A stretch of DNA of 64,000 bases from Patescibacteria group bacterium (GCA_041660565.1 JBAZWC010000001.1:174481-238480); one strand, 5' to 3'; positions 1 to 9,738 are shown, counted from the first letter of the stretch. The notes: generated from the letters alone by a model not told the origin. A program made the numbers and translations.

Positions 1-5
1 GGGGA

Positions 6-1361
6 GTGATATTGGTTGATCCTCACGGTGAGGCGGTGGAGCATATTATGGCTAGCATTCCAGAGGAGCGTATTGATGATGTGGTGCTATTTGATCCTTC
101 AGACCGCGCGCATCCGATAGGCTTTAACCTATTAGAAGCGGTTGACGAAGACTTAAAGGGCATTGTGGCGTCCGGATTTGTTGGCATCTTTAAAAAGATT
201 TTCGGTAATTCATGGGGGCCGCGTTTGGAGCACATTTTGCGTAACTCGGTTTTGGCGCTGCTCGATTATCCGGAATCAACCATGCTTGGCATCGTAAAAA
301 TGCTAACCGACAAAAAGTATCGAGAAAAAGTAGTGGCCGAAGTAAAAGACCCTGTAATCAAAGATTTCTGGGAGAACGAATTTGCAGGATGGGATCAAAA
401 GTTTGCGTCCGAGGCAGCGTCTCCAATCCTAAACAAGGTAGGACAGTTTATTGCTACTTCGACAATCCGCAATATCGTTGGGCAGCCTAAATCTACCTTT
501 GACGTACGTAAGATTATGGATGAAGGTAAAATCCTATTGATCAATCTATCACGAGGTAAGATAGGTGAGGATAACTCGTCGCTGTTGGGAGCTATGATGA
601 TCACTAAGATTCAGCTAGCTGCAATGAGCCGAGCTGATGTACCCGAAGACCAGCGCACCGACTGTTATTTGTATGTGGATGAGTTTCAAAACTTTGCTAC
701 CGAATCTTTTGCCACTATTTTGTCCGAAGCGCGTAAGTATCACCTAGATTTAATAATGGCCAACCAGTATATCGCTCAAATGCAAGAAGAGGTAAGAGAT
801 GCGGTGTTTGGTAATGTTGGGACCATTATTGCGTTCAGAGTGGGGGCGTCTGACGCCAAAGATCTGGCCCAAGAGTTTACCCCGGCGTTTATAGAGACCG
901 ATTTGGTAAACCAAGACATTCATAAAATTTACATTAAGTTGTCAATTGATGGCATTACCGGTCAGGCATTTTCGGCTAACGCCTTGCCGCCATACCGCCC
1001 AACGCAGAGTTTTGCCGAGGAAATTGTTAAACGATCACGCGAAAAATATACCATTCCGCGCTCAGAAGCAGAGGGAGTAACAGACCACGAAGGAAATCCG
1101 GTGCCAACTAAAGAAGAAGTGGCGGAAAGCCGTCTGCTACACGAGGGTGCGATTGAGCTGCCTCCAATTAAAATTAAATCTGAAAATATTATTGACGGGT
1201 TGTACTACAAGCAGATGGACGCAAAAGGGGGAGTGACGTGGTGGGAAGGGTACTCGTTAGATGAGGTGATGTCTGAAGAAGAGAAGAAGCGCCAAAAGTT
1301 TCTAACCAAAAAGATAGAGAAGATAAAGTCAGCTACAACATTGTCCGACACAAAAGAATAG
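6..1361 (+). CDS. TraG/VirD4-like coupling ATPase (HerA/FtsK-like), 5'-truncated by window edge
   Basis: LVDPHGE, GFNLLE, WGPRLEHILRN, YVDEFQNF (Walker B) and LSEARKY motifs; Walker A lies upstream of the window. Confidence 0.75.
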   Translation: MILVDPHGEAVEHIMASIPEERIDDVVLFDPSDRAHPIGFNLLEAVDEDLKGIVASGFVGIFKKIFGNSWGPRLEHILRNSVLALLDYPESTMLGIVKMLTDKKYREKVVAEVKDPVIKDFWENEFAGWDQKFASEAASPILNKVGQFIATSTIRNIVGQPKSTFDVRKIMDEGKILLINLSRGKIGEDNSSLLGAMMITKIQLAAMSRADVPEDQRTDCYLYVDEFQNFATESFATILSEARKYHLDLIMANQYIAQMQEEVRDAVFGNVGTIIAFRVGASDAKDLAQEFTPAFIETDLVNQDIHKIYIKLSIDGITGQAFSANALPPYRPTQSFAEEIVKRSREKYTIPRSEAEGVTDHEGNPVPTKEEVAESRLLHEGAIELPPIKIKSENIIDGLYYKQMDAKGGVTWWEGYSLDEVMSEEEKKRQKFLTKKIEKIKSATTLSDTKE

Positions 1362-1371
1362 AATGTTCCTA

Positions 1372-1405
1372 TATTTTCGAATTTAGTGCTTAGTGCTTCG
1401 AATTT
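1372..1405. repeat. Heptamer-type low-complexity repeat (TTCGAATT/TAGTGCT), partial copy
   Basis: Same units as 19029-19141 and 56582-56700. Confidence 0.55.
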
Positions 1406-2085
1406 CCATTCCCAGCAGGGGAATGGCTTGGGGGAGAGGGTGCAAATTTGAAATACCACTACGATTGGCTATCAAAGTCGGACGAATGTGACCAAAAGCC
1501 GGATTAGCGGATTAATAGAAAATGTCATAAAAATGACTAATAATTGTCATTTTGGTGAGCATAAATAACGACTGCAATTTAAGATCAATTTACGCTCGTT
1601 TAGAGTTTAGTACTCCCCTGGAGCATAATTTGTACAGGGAAGTGGTCTAATTTAAGCTCAAATGGCCCCTTAAAGCCCTACATTAGCTTATTATATGTAA
1701 GTGAACTATTTGATCATCTAAGGTATAAAATGAGCGTAAACTGGGGTCAGATATGCTATGAATGGTGAATCTTAGGGCGACGTATTGAGTATTTGTACGA
1801 GTAATAATGACGATCAATGACTGCCAGGCATGATCAAGCGTGCATAAGTGTCGCATAAGAATCATTGTACGACACAACGTGACTTGAAGCACGATGTACG
1901 AAATTATAAATTCAAAACAAAATCAAATTAAATAAGTTCGAAATTTTTTAAAAAAATCAATTTTCTTATTACGCCCCGCCCTATCTCTGGGTAGTCTTTG
2001 TATCCTATTTTAAAATTAAAAATTTATAATTTAAAATTTATTTTTACCTCTCCCCCGTTACCACTCCCCCACTCGTATTTAAGAT

Positions 2086-2124
2086 AAAGAAATTGCCGGC
2101 CAAGAGCATGCGCTCGAGGCCGGC
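2086..2124 (-). terminator. Intrinsic terminator of small-protein cassette
   Basis: GCCGGCC/GGCCGGC stem followed by ATTTCTTT on minus strand. Confidence 0.7.
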
Positions 2125-2131
2125 GAGAGGG

Positions 2132-2335
2132 CTAGTCTGGCATCGTCAGTTGCCGAACGATGAATCCTGCAGCAAAGACGATGATCAGCGACAAAACCAG
2201 TGTCAGATCACTGATGTAGTGACCGATCACCGCTCCCACGGTAAAGGCAACTAGTACTATCACGAACAGGGCGGTAGGAGACATCGCTAAGGCAATTCCC
2301 CCATCCCCCTGATCCTCGCCACGATCTTGGTCCAC
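2132..2335 (-). CDS. Small 2-TM membrane protein (GC-rich cassette)
   Basis: SD GGGGGAGGTGAT before GTG; two hydrophobic segments. Confidence 0.7.
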   Translation of the reverse strand: MDQDRGEDQGDGGIALAMSPTALFVIVLVAFTVGAVIGHYISDLTLVLSLIIVFAAGFIVRQLTMPD

Positions 2336-2379
2336 ACATCACCTCCCCCGTGATTAAATAGAACATCAGATTCGGTTCA

Positions 2380-2598
2380 TCACTTCGGCGTCGTATGCAC
2401 CGGATTGTCCTCATCGCGCGCCGTCATGCCGAGCCACCCGGCAACCGCCCCTACAACAAACAGTAACGTCGCCGGTCCGTACTTACTATGGCAAACGCAC
2501 ATGGCGCAGTTGATCCACGCCCCAACGCAGCCGATGCCAAACAACAGTCGCCAGTCACGAGCACGTATCGCGTCAACCTCACGCTTCAGTGGGTTCAT
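2380..2598 (-). CDS. Small 2-TM Cys-containing membrane protein (GC-rich cassette)
   Basis: SD GGGAGGTGAT before ATG; hydrophobic segments. Confidence 0.65.
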   Translation of the reverse strand: MNPLKREVDAIRARDWRLLFGIGCVGAWINCAMCVCHSKYGPATLLFVVGAVAGWLGMTARDEDNPVHTTPK

Positions 2599-2599
2599 A

Positions 2600-2746
2600 T
2601 CACCTCCCTGTGATCGAGGTGAACAGTAGGAACGCGCCAGCGAGAAGGAATGCCGCTATGACGACGCAGATGGCGATCGTCGCCACGATCCATTTGGACA
2701 GGTCGCCAACGATTGCAAGGCCGGGGTCACTGCTCGAGCTTTGCAT
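2600..2746 (-). CDS. Small single-TM protein, 48 aa (GC-rich cassette)
   Basis: SD GAAAGGTGAT before ATG 2746; long hydrophobic helix. Confidence 0.6.
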   Translation of the reverse strand: MQSSSSDPGLAIVGDLSKWIVATIAICVVIAAFLLAGAFLLFTSITGR

Positions 2747-2888
2747 TGCGATCACCTTTCCACGTCCACATCGGTTCGTGGAGAACTGCTTGCTCCGGGT
2801 TAACCGGCACCCGGAATGGCGACTCCCCTGCCCGTACAATCGGGGCGGGGAGAAACATCACGATCATTACAGACATGACGCATAGCAT
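2727..2888 (-). CDS. Small ORF, 53 aa, signal-peptide-like N-terminus (not in ORF track)
   Basis: Manual translation MLCVMSVMIVMFLPAPIVRAGESPF...LEQ*; SD GAAAGGGG; first ORF after the promoter. Confidence 0.4.
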   Translation of the reverse strand: MLCVMSVMIVMFLPAPIVRAGESPFRVPVNPEQAVLHEPMWTWKGDRNAKLEQ

Positions 2889-2931
2889 CCGACAATCCCC
2901 TTTCGCACGTCAGGTTGTTGGACAATAGCTA

Positions 2932-2970
2932 TATTATACGCCAAAAGATGGACAATGTCCATCTTCGAAA
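2932..2970 (-). promoter_or_regulatory. sigma70 promoter TGGACA-17-TATAAT with 21-bp palindrome over -35; copy 1 of a 39-bp direct repeat
   Basis: AAGATGGACA-A-TGTCCATCTT palindrome 2945-2965; 35/39 identical to 3920-3958. Confidence 0.75.
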
Positions 2971-3005
2971 GAAAATCGGCGGTTACGCTTCTGCGCTCCG
3001 CCGAC
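2971..3005 (-). terminator. Intrinsic terminator
   Basis: TCGGCGG/CCGCCGA stem plus TTTT on minus strand. Confidence 0.65.
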
Positions 3006-3023
3006 TTTATGGAATGAGGTGTG

Positions 3024-3836
3024 TCATGCTCCTGGATTCATGGTAACTACAACGAAGTCCCCTCTACTCGCGTTTGGAATGTCGTCCATCAATCGCGTAC
3101 TTCGATAGGCAGCTACGGACTTGACGTGAAATGACGAAAGCCCGACGCTAGAGGTGTAACTGGTGTCACGAGTCCCGTCGTCGCGGATTAAGCTAATTTT
3201 GCTGGTGATCTGCCCATCTACTATGCAAGCCACTACCCACGTGTCAGATGGATTGCGTTTTGGGTGTATGACGAAGTATATCTCACCCGCGACTTGGCCA
3301 GGGCTCATCGCACCGTTAATCGGCATCAACGGAGTACAACTCCCGTCCATCACATCTTGAGGTAAAAGCTCCCCAGCAGTCAAGCTCTCGCGGAAGCTTT
3401 TGTAAAACGCTGCAGTGCCGACGAATTTCCCGCCAACATCTGGTCCGACGTGATCTGACCGGGTATCAATGTGGTATCCGAGCTTGTCGTCGGTGCTATA
3501 ACTCAGTTCAGCCGGACTCCAACCACCCATGGTAGGGCCCTTAACCACTAGACCGTCGCCCGGTACGCCGAGCTTTATCTCCTGATCGGGCAATGATTCC
3601 CCGAGCAAGATGGGAAGCGTACGGTCTGGCTGATTTTGCACCGGTTCGGCCTGCTGGGGTTGGGCTACCTGAGTTGTTGGTTCGGCCTGAGACGGGGTTG
3701 GTGCTGTTGCCATGCTACTTGCCCCGCTGTACGAGCCTTCATTGCGTCGCACAACGGTAGTAATAATACCTAGCACTACAATGATCCCGACGACCACGCA
3801 GATCAGATTCACTGTGGTCTTCACTTCGTCTTGCAT
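3024..3836 (-). CDS. Hypothetical N-terminally membrane-anchored exported protein (GC-rich cassette)
   Basis: SD GAGGGA before ATG 3836; TM helix then P/Q/T-rich linker. Confidence 0.75.
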   Translation of the reverse strand: MQDEVKTTVNLICVVVGIIVVLGIITTVVRRNEGSYSGASSMATAPTPSQAEPTTQVAQPQQAEPVQNQPDRTLPILLGESLPDQEIKLGVPGDGLVVKGPTMGGWSPAELSYSTDDKLGYHIDTRSDHVGPDVGGKFVGTAAFYKSFRESLTAGELLPQDVMDGSCTPLMPINGAMSPGQVAGEIYFVIHPKRNPSDTWVVACIVDGQITSKISLIRDDGTRDTSYTSSVGLSSFHVKSVAAYRSTRLMDDIPNASRGDFVVVTMNPGA

Positions 3837-3919
3837 GGCTTGATCCCTCCATTGAGTTTGTGCGATCATCGGTCAAGCGACGTGTTAAAGTGCAACAGTA
3901 CGCCAGTGGTTGATGGATT

Positions 3920-3958
3920 TATTATACACAAAAAAATGGACAATGTCCTTCTTCGAAA
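3920..3958 (-). promoter_or_regulatory. sigma70 promoter AGGACA-17-TATAAT; copy 2 of the 39-bp direct repeat
   Basis: 35/39 identical to 2932-2970. Confidence 0.7.
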
Positions 3959-3991
3959 TTACAAATTTCGCGCTATCCCCTATTCGTATGG

Positions 3992-4615
3992 TTACTCAAG
4001 ATGAGTAAGATCGTTTAGGGTGATAATTTTCCAGCTACCGTCTGTTCTATTTTCTACAACGGTAATACCGGTATTGCCTAGTACAATTCCCATAGCAAAA
4101 CAACGATAAATATCTGTAGATAATATTTCTCCAAAGACCATCTCAGCTAGAAGAGTACGTAAGAAATTAGCGTGAGTAACTACAATAATTGTATCGTCTG
4201 ACATATCAGAAAGCTGATGGATAAATTTTTTAGCGCGGGTTCGGCTGTCAGCTAGATTTTCTTCATCGCTATGATGCCATGTCTCATCTTTAAAATTTTG
4301 CCAGCGCAGTTCGTCAAGCGCAATTACTTCTGGGTCATCATTTGATCTGCCTAAATATACACTCGGACTCTTTATTTCATGAATATCGTCGTGGATGTGT
4401 AATTCAGAAGTGATAGTTTTTTGTATAATCTCCGCGGTCTGTGAGGCGCGCGGGTAAGGGCTTGTTAGTATCCGATCCACTTGGATTAATTTTAGCCGGT
4501 TTGCCACTAGTTGTGCTTGCTCACGTCCTGTTTGAGTAAGTGATGCACTAGGGCCGAGTCGTATTTTCTGCTGGTTACTTTCTGATTCACCATGACGCAC
4601 AAAATACACTTTCAT
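3992..4615 (-). CDS. Histidine phosphatase family protein
   Basis: YFVRHGES, TSPYPRASQT and VVTHA motifs. Confidence 0.9.
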   Translation of the reverse strand: MKVYFVRHGESESNQQKIRLGPSASLTQTGREQAQLVANRLKLIQVDRILTSPYPRASQTAEIIQKTITSELHIHDDIHEIKSPSVYLGRSNDDPEVIALDELRWQNFKDETWHHSDEENLADSRTRAKKFIHQLSDMSDDTIIVVTHANFLRTLLAEMVFGEILSTDIYRCFAMGIVLGNTGITVVENRTDGSWKIITLNDLTHLE

Positions 4616-4623
4616 AAAAGTCC

Positions 4624-5526
4624 TTAGTGTTTTTGAGATCGGTTTTGCCAAACTACCAACAATGGCGTGGCGTTAAAGATTGACGAATATGTTCCCACGG
4701 TAATACCAATTAGTAGTGCTAGTACAAATCCCTTTGTACTTTCGCCACCAAGCAAGAATAGCGCCAATAACACAATTAGCACGGTTAACGAGGTGTTTAA
4801 TGATCGAGCTAGGGTTTGAGAAATTGAAACGTTAGCAACATGCTCAAAGTTACCACCCGGAGTTAACCGCAAATTCTCTCTAATTCGATCAAATACCACA
4901 ATGGTATCGTGAACAGAGAAGCCCATAATGGTTAGCAAAGCGGTGACGGTTAGACTATCCAACTCAACAAAGTCATAATATCGTCCTAGAATTGCAAACA
5001 TTCCTATTACAAATATTAAATCATGAAGCAAAGCCACCACGGCACAGATGCCAAATCGCCAAGAGTTTGCCGGCTTTGGTACTTTACGAAACGCCCAGGC
5101 AATGTAAAGAATGATAGCCAACGAGGCGATAATCACCCGCCATACCGCTTTGTTGGTTTGATCTTTGCCGATAGTTGGTCCGACCGAGGTATAAGACTTC
5201 TCAACGGTGTCTGGAATTGATTTGTTGATGGCGTCGGTAATTTGAGAATGCTGTTCGTCTGATAGCGCGTCGGTCTTAAGGATAAACCCGTTGTTGCCGG
5301 TGGTGGTGACAGATAAATTCTTCAAGTCAATTTTTGATACCGCTTGCTTTACTGCGTCTGCCGTAACCGCAGATTTGGCGGTGTATTCGATGCTGGTGCC
5401 GCTTTTGAAATCAATTCCTACTTTTACGCCATATACCGACATAAAGATAATGCCGGGAATTATGAGCACAGCCGACAGGCCAAACCATAGCCATTTATAT
5501 TTCAGTACTTGAATAGTTTTAGACAT
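4624..5526 (-). CDS. secF: Protein translocase subunit SecF
   Basis: GIDFKSGT, SVGPTIG, GFSVHDTIVVFDRIREN. Confidence 0.95.
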   Translation of the reverse strand: MSKTIQVLKYKWLWFGLSAVLIIPGIIFMSVYGVKVGIDFKSGTSIEYTAKSAVTADAVKQAVSKIDLKNLSVTTTGNNGFILKTDALSDEQHSQITDAINKSIPDTVEKSYTSVGPTIGKDQTNKAVWRVIIASLAIILYIAWAFRKVPKPANSWRFGICAVVALLHDLIFVIGMFAILGRYYDFVELDSLTVTALLTIMGFSVHDTIVVFDRIRENLRLTPGGNFEHVANVSISQTLARSLNTSLTVLIVLLALFLLGGESTKGFVLALLIGITVGTYSSIFNATPLLVVWQNRSQKH

Positions 5527-6793
5527 GGATTAACCTTTTGAAGCGTGATATGGCTAATAATTTTAAGATTACTTGGGTTATGGTGATGGCGGTGAACAAG
5601 CTGACCAATACGCCAATCGCCAGGGTTAGGGCAAATCCTCTAATTAGCCCGGCTGTTCCCACATACAACACCAATGCGGTGATCAAAGTGGAGCTGTTGC
5701 TGTCTCTAATGCTGGTCCAGGCGCGCTTAAAACCATCGTCAATTGCTTGTAGCAGCTCTTTACCCGATCGAATTTCTTCACGCATACGTTCAAATATCAG
5801 AATATTTGCATCCACCGCCATACCGATCGACAAAATAAATCCAGCTACACCCGAAAGCGTTACCGTAACCGGCAGTAGCTTATAGATGGCAATGTTGATG
5901 AGAGTGTAAATAACCAACGCAACAATGGCAATAACGCCCGGGGTTTTATAGTAAATGACCATAAATAACATAATTAATATCATTCCTATTAACCCGGCAA
6001 GCAAACTATCTTTAAGTGATTCGGCACCCAAGGTGGCACTGATGGTTTGTTGGTTGATGATTTTAATTGGCACCGGCAAAGCACCTTGGTTTAGCTGGTT
6101 TGTTAGTTCCTTGGCAGTTTGAACGGTAAAGCTGCCCGATATAATGGCCACGCCGTCGGTGATGGCGTCATTTACGGTTGGGGTGGAAATTACCTGATCG
6201 TCTAAAACTATCGCAATCGCCTCTTTAGGATTTGCTGCTGCGGCCTTGGTGGTTGCATCAGCGAATTTTTGCTTCCCAGCGTCTTTTAACTGTAGTCGTA
6301 CCTGTGGTTCGCCGGAGATGTTATTTGAACCGCTGGAAGTGCCAAAAGTAACGCTAGCACTATCTACATCCGAGCCGGTGATAACCGTGTTGCCTTGCTG
6401 ATCTAAAAATTTAAGGTCGGGAAATTGGCCAATCTGCTTGATGGCGCCGGCAACGTCGGTTACGCCTGGTAATTCCACAATCAGGGTGGTGTCGTTGCCA
6501 CTTTTGCCTACTTGAATAGTTGGCTCGGTGACGCCGAATTTGTTAATACGATCATTGACCCGAGATTTAAGTGTGGTTAACGCCGCATCTTGTTGACTGG
6601 CGGGGATTTTGGATAGATCGGCAAGATATGTAATCTCTACTCCACCGCGTAAATCTAAGCCCTGGTGAATAAATAATGATCGTTTAAAAGAACCTAAGCT
6701 AATGTCTGGCCCGCTGGGGAGTGCAATTACCAAAGCAAACGCCGTAATAACGGCGATAAACGCAAGCCTAATGTAGAGTTTTCTTTTAATCAT
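5519..6793 (-). CDS. secD: Protein translocase subunit SecD
   Basis: GLDLRGG, GVTEPTI, GMAVDANILIFERMREE. Confidence 0.95.
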   Translation of the reverse strand: MIKRKLYIRLAFIAVITAFALVIALPSGPDISLGSFKRSLFIHQGLDLRGGVEITYLADLSKIPASQQDAALTTLKSRVNDRINKFGVTEPTIQVGKSGNDTTLIVELPGVTDVAGAIKQIGQFPDLKFLDQQGNTVITGSDVDSASVTFGTSSGSNNISGEPQVRLQLKDAGKQKFADATTKAAAANPKEAIAIVLDDQVISTPTVNDAITDGVAIISGSFTVQTAKELTNQLNQGALPVPIKIINQQTISATLGAESLKDSLLAGLIGMILIMLFMVIYYKTPGVIAIVALVIYTLINIAIYKLLPVTVTLSGVAGFILSIGMAVDANILIFERMREEIRSGKELLQAIDDGFKRAWTSIRDSNSSTLITALVLYVGTAGLIRGFALTLAIGVLVSLFTAITITQVILKLLAISRFKRLIHV

Positions 6794-6845
6794 TTATGTC
6801 TGAATAATATCGTAAAATATGAGGTAAAGTCAATGCTTACATGGC

Positions 6846-6923
6846 TGTCATCCCGGACTCGATCCGGGATCCAGACTATAAACGATTATTTTACATAGAT
6901 TCCGGGTCAAGCCCGGAATGACA
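6846..6923. repeat. Non-autonomous paired REP-like element (TGTCATYCCGG...CCGGAATGACA)
   Basis: Two inverted palindromic units related to the TIRs at 28602 and 28984. Confidence 0.8.
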
Positions 6924-6930
6924 ATGAAGG

Positions 6931-7545
6931 TCAAGGCAAATAAATAATATCGGTTTCCGAAGTTAACTTTGGCAAGATATCATCTTCAATAATTGAAAAT
7001 TGATTGGCAATTTGATCGACAAAAGTTTTATTCACAATAGCTACACCACGATAATGCCCCGAGATTTGCATAGTTACCGCAGCGGCATATTTTTGGTGAT
7101 ATTTTTGCAGGTTATCCCAGTTAAGGTCGATTTTTTCTTGAATATTAACCAGCACAAACTGATTTGGAAGCTGGTCATATATTTGCTTCAACCCTCCCCC
7201 ACTACCCAAATCGGTGAATGAAAATTGTAATTTATCTTCAAACTGATGTTGCGCCTCTAAAATGCTTTTAATTGATTGACCGTAATGGCCGTAAATTATC
7301 ATAAACTGATCAATGCCTTCGACCAACAGGCATTTCATCACTTTTATAATATAACCAGACGATTTTTCGACTCCCCTGCCCCCAACACACACCACGGCAA
7401 AATTTAGTTCAGTTTGCGGCAAAGCAGATTTTACAAAATAATTAATGGCATTAGATCGGTTTCGCAGGCCGTTTTTCTTAACTAAGATATCAATCTGTCC
7501 TAATAGGTGTTTATCCATGGTGATTGTGATGCGCTCATGAGCCAT
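6931..7545 (-). CDS. CopG/ribbon-helix-helix domain fused to degenerate nucleotidyltransferase-like domain
   Basis: ERITITMD...NRSNAI (RHH) then AVVCVGGRG, DLGSGGGLK, FVLVN. Confidence 0.65.
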   Translation of the reverse strand: MAHERITITMDKHLLGQIDILVKKNGLRNRSNAINYFVKSALPQTELNFAVVCVGGRGVEKSSGYIIKVMKCLLVEGIDQFMIIYGHYGQSIKSILEAQHQFEDKLQFSFTDLGSGGGLKQIYDQLPNQFVLVNIQEKIDLNWDNLQKYHQKYAAAVTMQISGHYRGVAIVNKTFVDQIANQFSIIEDDILPKLTSETDIIYLP

Positions 7546-7627
7546 TTTTTACCTCTTTCAATACAGATAGTATCATACTTTGTATGAAGTTTGGAAGATA
7601 GAGGGTAGATGGTAGAATATAGAGTGT

Positions 7628-8185
7628 TTAGGAAATAATTCGGATAATTTCGTTGACGACTTTTTCAAGTTCGCCGTCGTGATTGAATAACTGATAATCA
7701 AACTGGTTGGCATAGACGCGTTCTTTTTGTCCTTGCTCGATCCGCTTTTCAATATCATCGGTACTATTTTTGCGTATCGATTCAGATAATCGCTGTCGTA
7801 GCTCGATGTCATCTGCGTCGATAAAGATGGTAATACAATCTGTGCTAAAATATTTTTTTAATTCCAGTGCGCCTACCGGCATCTTATTGCAAACAACATC
7901 TGATTTTTGTAATTGATTTTCGAGTGCGTTTTTTAGTGTGCCGTAGAACTGACCGGTGGCAGACATTACTTCGTATTCGAGTAAATCGCGATTTTCGATC
8001 ATTTTTTGAAATTGCTCTTTTGAAACAAAATGATAATTTTCGCCGTCAATCTCCCCTTCTCTTTTGGGGCGCGAGGTTGCATTGACTAATTTTGACAATT
8101 TTAAATTGCGCTCTTTTAGCAGACGTTCGATGATGGTGTCTTTGCCGCAGCCGCCCGGACCAGATAGAATGATTAATTTATGCAT
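7628..8185 (-). CDS. gmk: Guanylate kinase
   Basis: LSGPGGCGKDT, TSRPKREGEIDGENYHF, FYGT. Confidence 0.9.
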   Translation of the reverse strand: MHKLIILSGPGGCGKDTIIERLLKERNLKLSKLVNATSRPKREGEIDGENYHFVSKEQFQKMIENRDLLEYEVMSATGQFYGTLKNALENQLQKSDVVCNKMPVGALELKKYFSTDCITIFIDADDIELRQRLSESIRKNSTDDIEKRIEQGQKERVYANQFDYQLFNHDGELEKVVNEIIRIIS

Positions 8186-8200
8186 ATTTACTCTCCATGG

Positions 8201-9154
8201 TTATTCAAATTGATGCAAGGCTTTTTCCAAATCTGCCGGAAGTGGGGCGGTAAAAGTTGATCGTGTATCAGATTCGGGCAGACGAATTTCTAAAGTAGAC
8301 GCATGAAGAAATTGGCGATGCAAGCCAACCCTGGCTGATAGGTCGGAAGCTTCTTTAAAGGTATAAACTTTATCCCCCATTACCGGGTGGCCTAAATAAG
8401 CGCAGTGAACTCGAATTTGATGGGTTCTGCCGGTAATCGGTCTGGCTTCAATTAAAGTTACCTTATCCCCCTTTTTACTCCGAAGCTGTGACACAATTTT
8501 AATTTCAGTGATGGCTTCTCGACCCTTCTCTGCGGAGACTAAGGCCATTTTGCGGCGGTCATTTTGATCTCGCCCTAGAAAATTGGTTACGGTAATCTCG
8601 TCTTGCTCTAACCATCCGTAAATTAGTGCCAGATAGGTTTTTTGGGCCAAATGTTTTTGAATTTGATTTGCCAAAAAAGTCATAGCCGATTTATTTTTGG
8701 CGATTATCATTGCCCCAGATGTGTCTTTATCTAACCTGTGTACAATGCCCGGGCGCATTAAACTAATTTTACTTTCCGGATCGTAAACCGCATTCTTAAT
8801 TGTAGGATCGTAAAATATGATGCGCTGTGCTACCGAATCCTCAGTATGGCTATGTGCCGGATGAGTAATTAATCCAAATGGTTTGTTTATCACCACAACA
8901 TCGCGATTTTCAAAAATTATATCCAGGTCGGCAGATTTGGTCACGGCTATTTCGGGTTCCGAATGTTTCTGAATAGTGACGACGTCGTTGACTTGGGTTA
9001 AATAACGCGATTTGATCGGATGGTCATTAACCATCACGGCGTTGTTTTCAATAAGACCTTGCCATGTTGAGCGCGAGTTCTTAGGAAATCGCGTTGCTAG
9101 AATCTTATCCAACCTAACACCACTTTCAGCGGGTGTGACGTGAAAATTTTTCAT
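8201..9154 (-). CDS. rluD: RluA/RluD-family pseudouridine synthase
   Basis: S4 domain, INKPFGL, RPGIVHRLDKDTSG, TGRTHQIRVH. Confidence 0.9.
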   Translation of the reverse strand: MKNFHVTPAESGVRLDKILATRFPKNSRSTWQGLIENNAVMVNDHPIKSRYLTQVNDVVTIQKHSEPEIAVTKSADLDIIFENRDVVVINKPFGLITHPAHSHTEDSVAQRIIFYDPTIKNAVYDPESKISLMRPGIVHRLDKDTSGAMIIAKNKSAMTFLANQIQKHLAQKTYLALIYGWLEQDEITVTNFLGRDQNDRRKMALVSAEKGREAITEIKIVSQLRSKKGDKVTLIEARPITGRTHQIRVHCAYLGHPVMGDKVYTFKEASDLSARVGLHRQFLHASTLEIRLPESDTRSTFTAPLPADLEKALHQFE

Positions 9155-9734
9155 ATATCTTCTTACCTAATTCGAACGCAATTAATCCAAAAAATAAGAA
9201 ACCGGCCGCAATAGAAATGATAATATGTGTCTCCGGGTAATTTTGCCAAATTACTAACAGATATTTAGTGATAGTAAGCGAGATAAAACTAAAAATAAAC
9301 GATCCAATAATAGTCCAAATTAGGAACGGCCAAAATGGCATTTGGGCGAATCCGGCAATTAGTGACGACCATGGCCTTACGTAGCCAAAGTTGCGAGTAA
9401 ACAAAATGGTAATTATCCCCCACTTGTCGTACCATTCTTTAATTCGAATTTTGGCATTTTGTAGTTTTTCGTTCCGCTCAAAGAATCTGCGGGTCTTTTT
9501 ATCTCCCCATCGGCCGATAGCGTACCCAAGTATTGCTCCAACAACGTGCCCGAAGGTAATCACTAATACGGCGTAAATATATGTAATCTCACCTTTTGCA
9601 ACCTGATTTTGAGCAATGATAAAACCAATTTCGGTAGGCAGCGGAATGCCCAGATTTTCCACTACCATCACCAAAAAAGCTCCAAACATTCCCCAACCGG
9701 AAACTAAAATTTGAATTGAATGTAGCCAATGCAT
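9126..9734 (-). CDS. DedA family membrane protein
   Basis: ENLGIPLPTE, GYAIGRWG, AGFAQMPFWPF. Confidence 0.85.
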   Translation of the reverse strand: MHWLHSIQILVSGWGMFGAFLVMVVENLGIPLPTEIGFIIAQNQVAKGEITYIYAVLVITFGHVVGAILGYAIGRWGDKKTRRFFERNEKLQNAKIRIKEWYDKWGIITILFTRNFGYVRPWSSLIAGFAQMPFWPFLIWTIIGSFIFSFISLTITKYLLVIWQNYPETHIIISIAAGFLFFGLIAFELGKKIYEKFSRHTR

Positions 9735-9738
9735 ATTT

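Noticed and set aside
1683-1892. 69-aa minus-strand ORF in the large intergenic region
   Set aside because: No SD or promoter context and no recognisable motif
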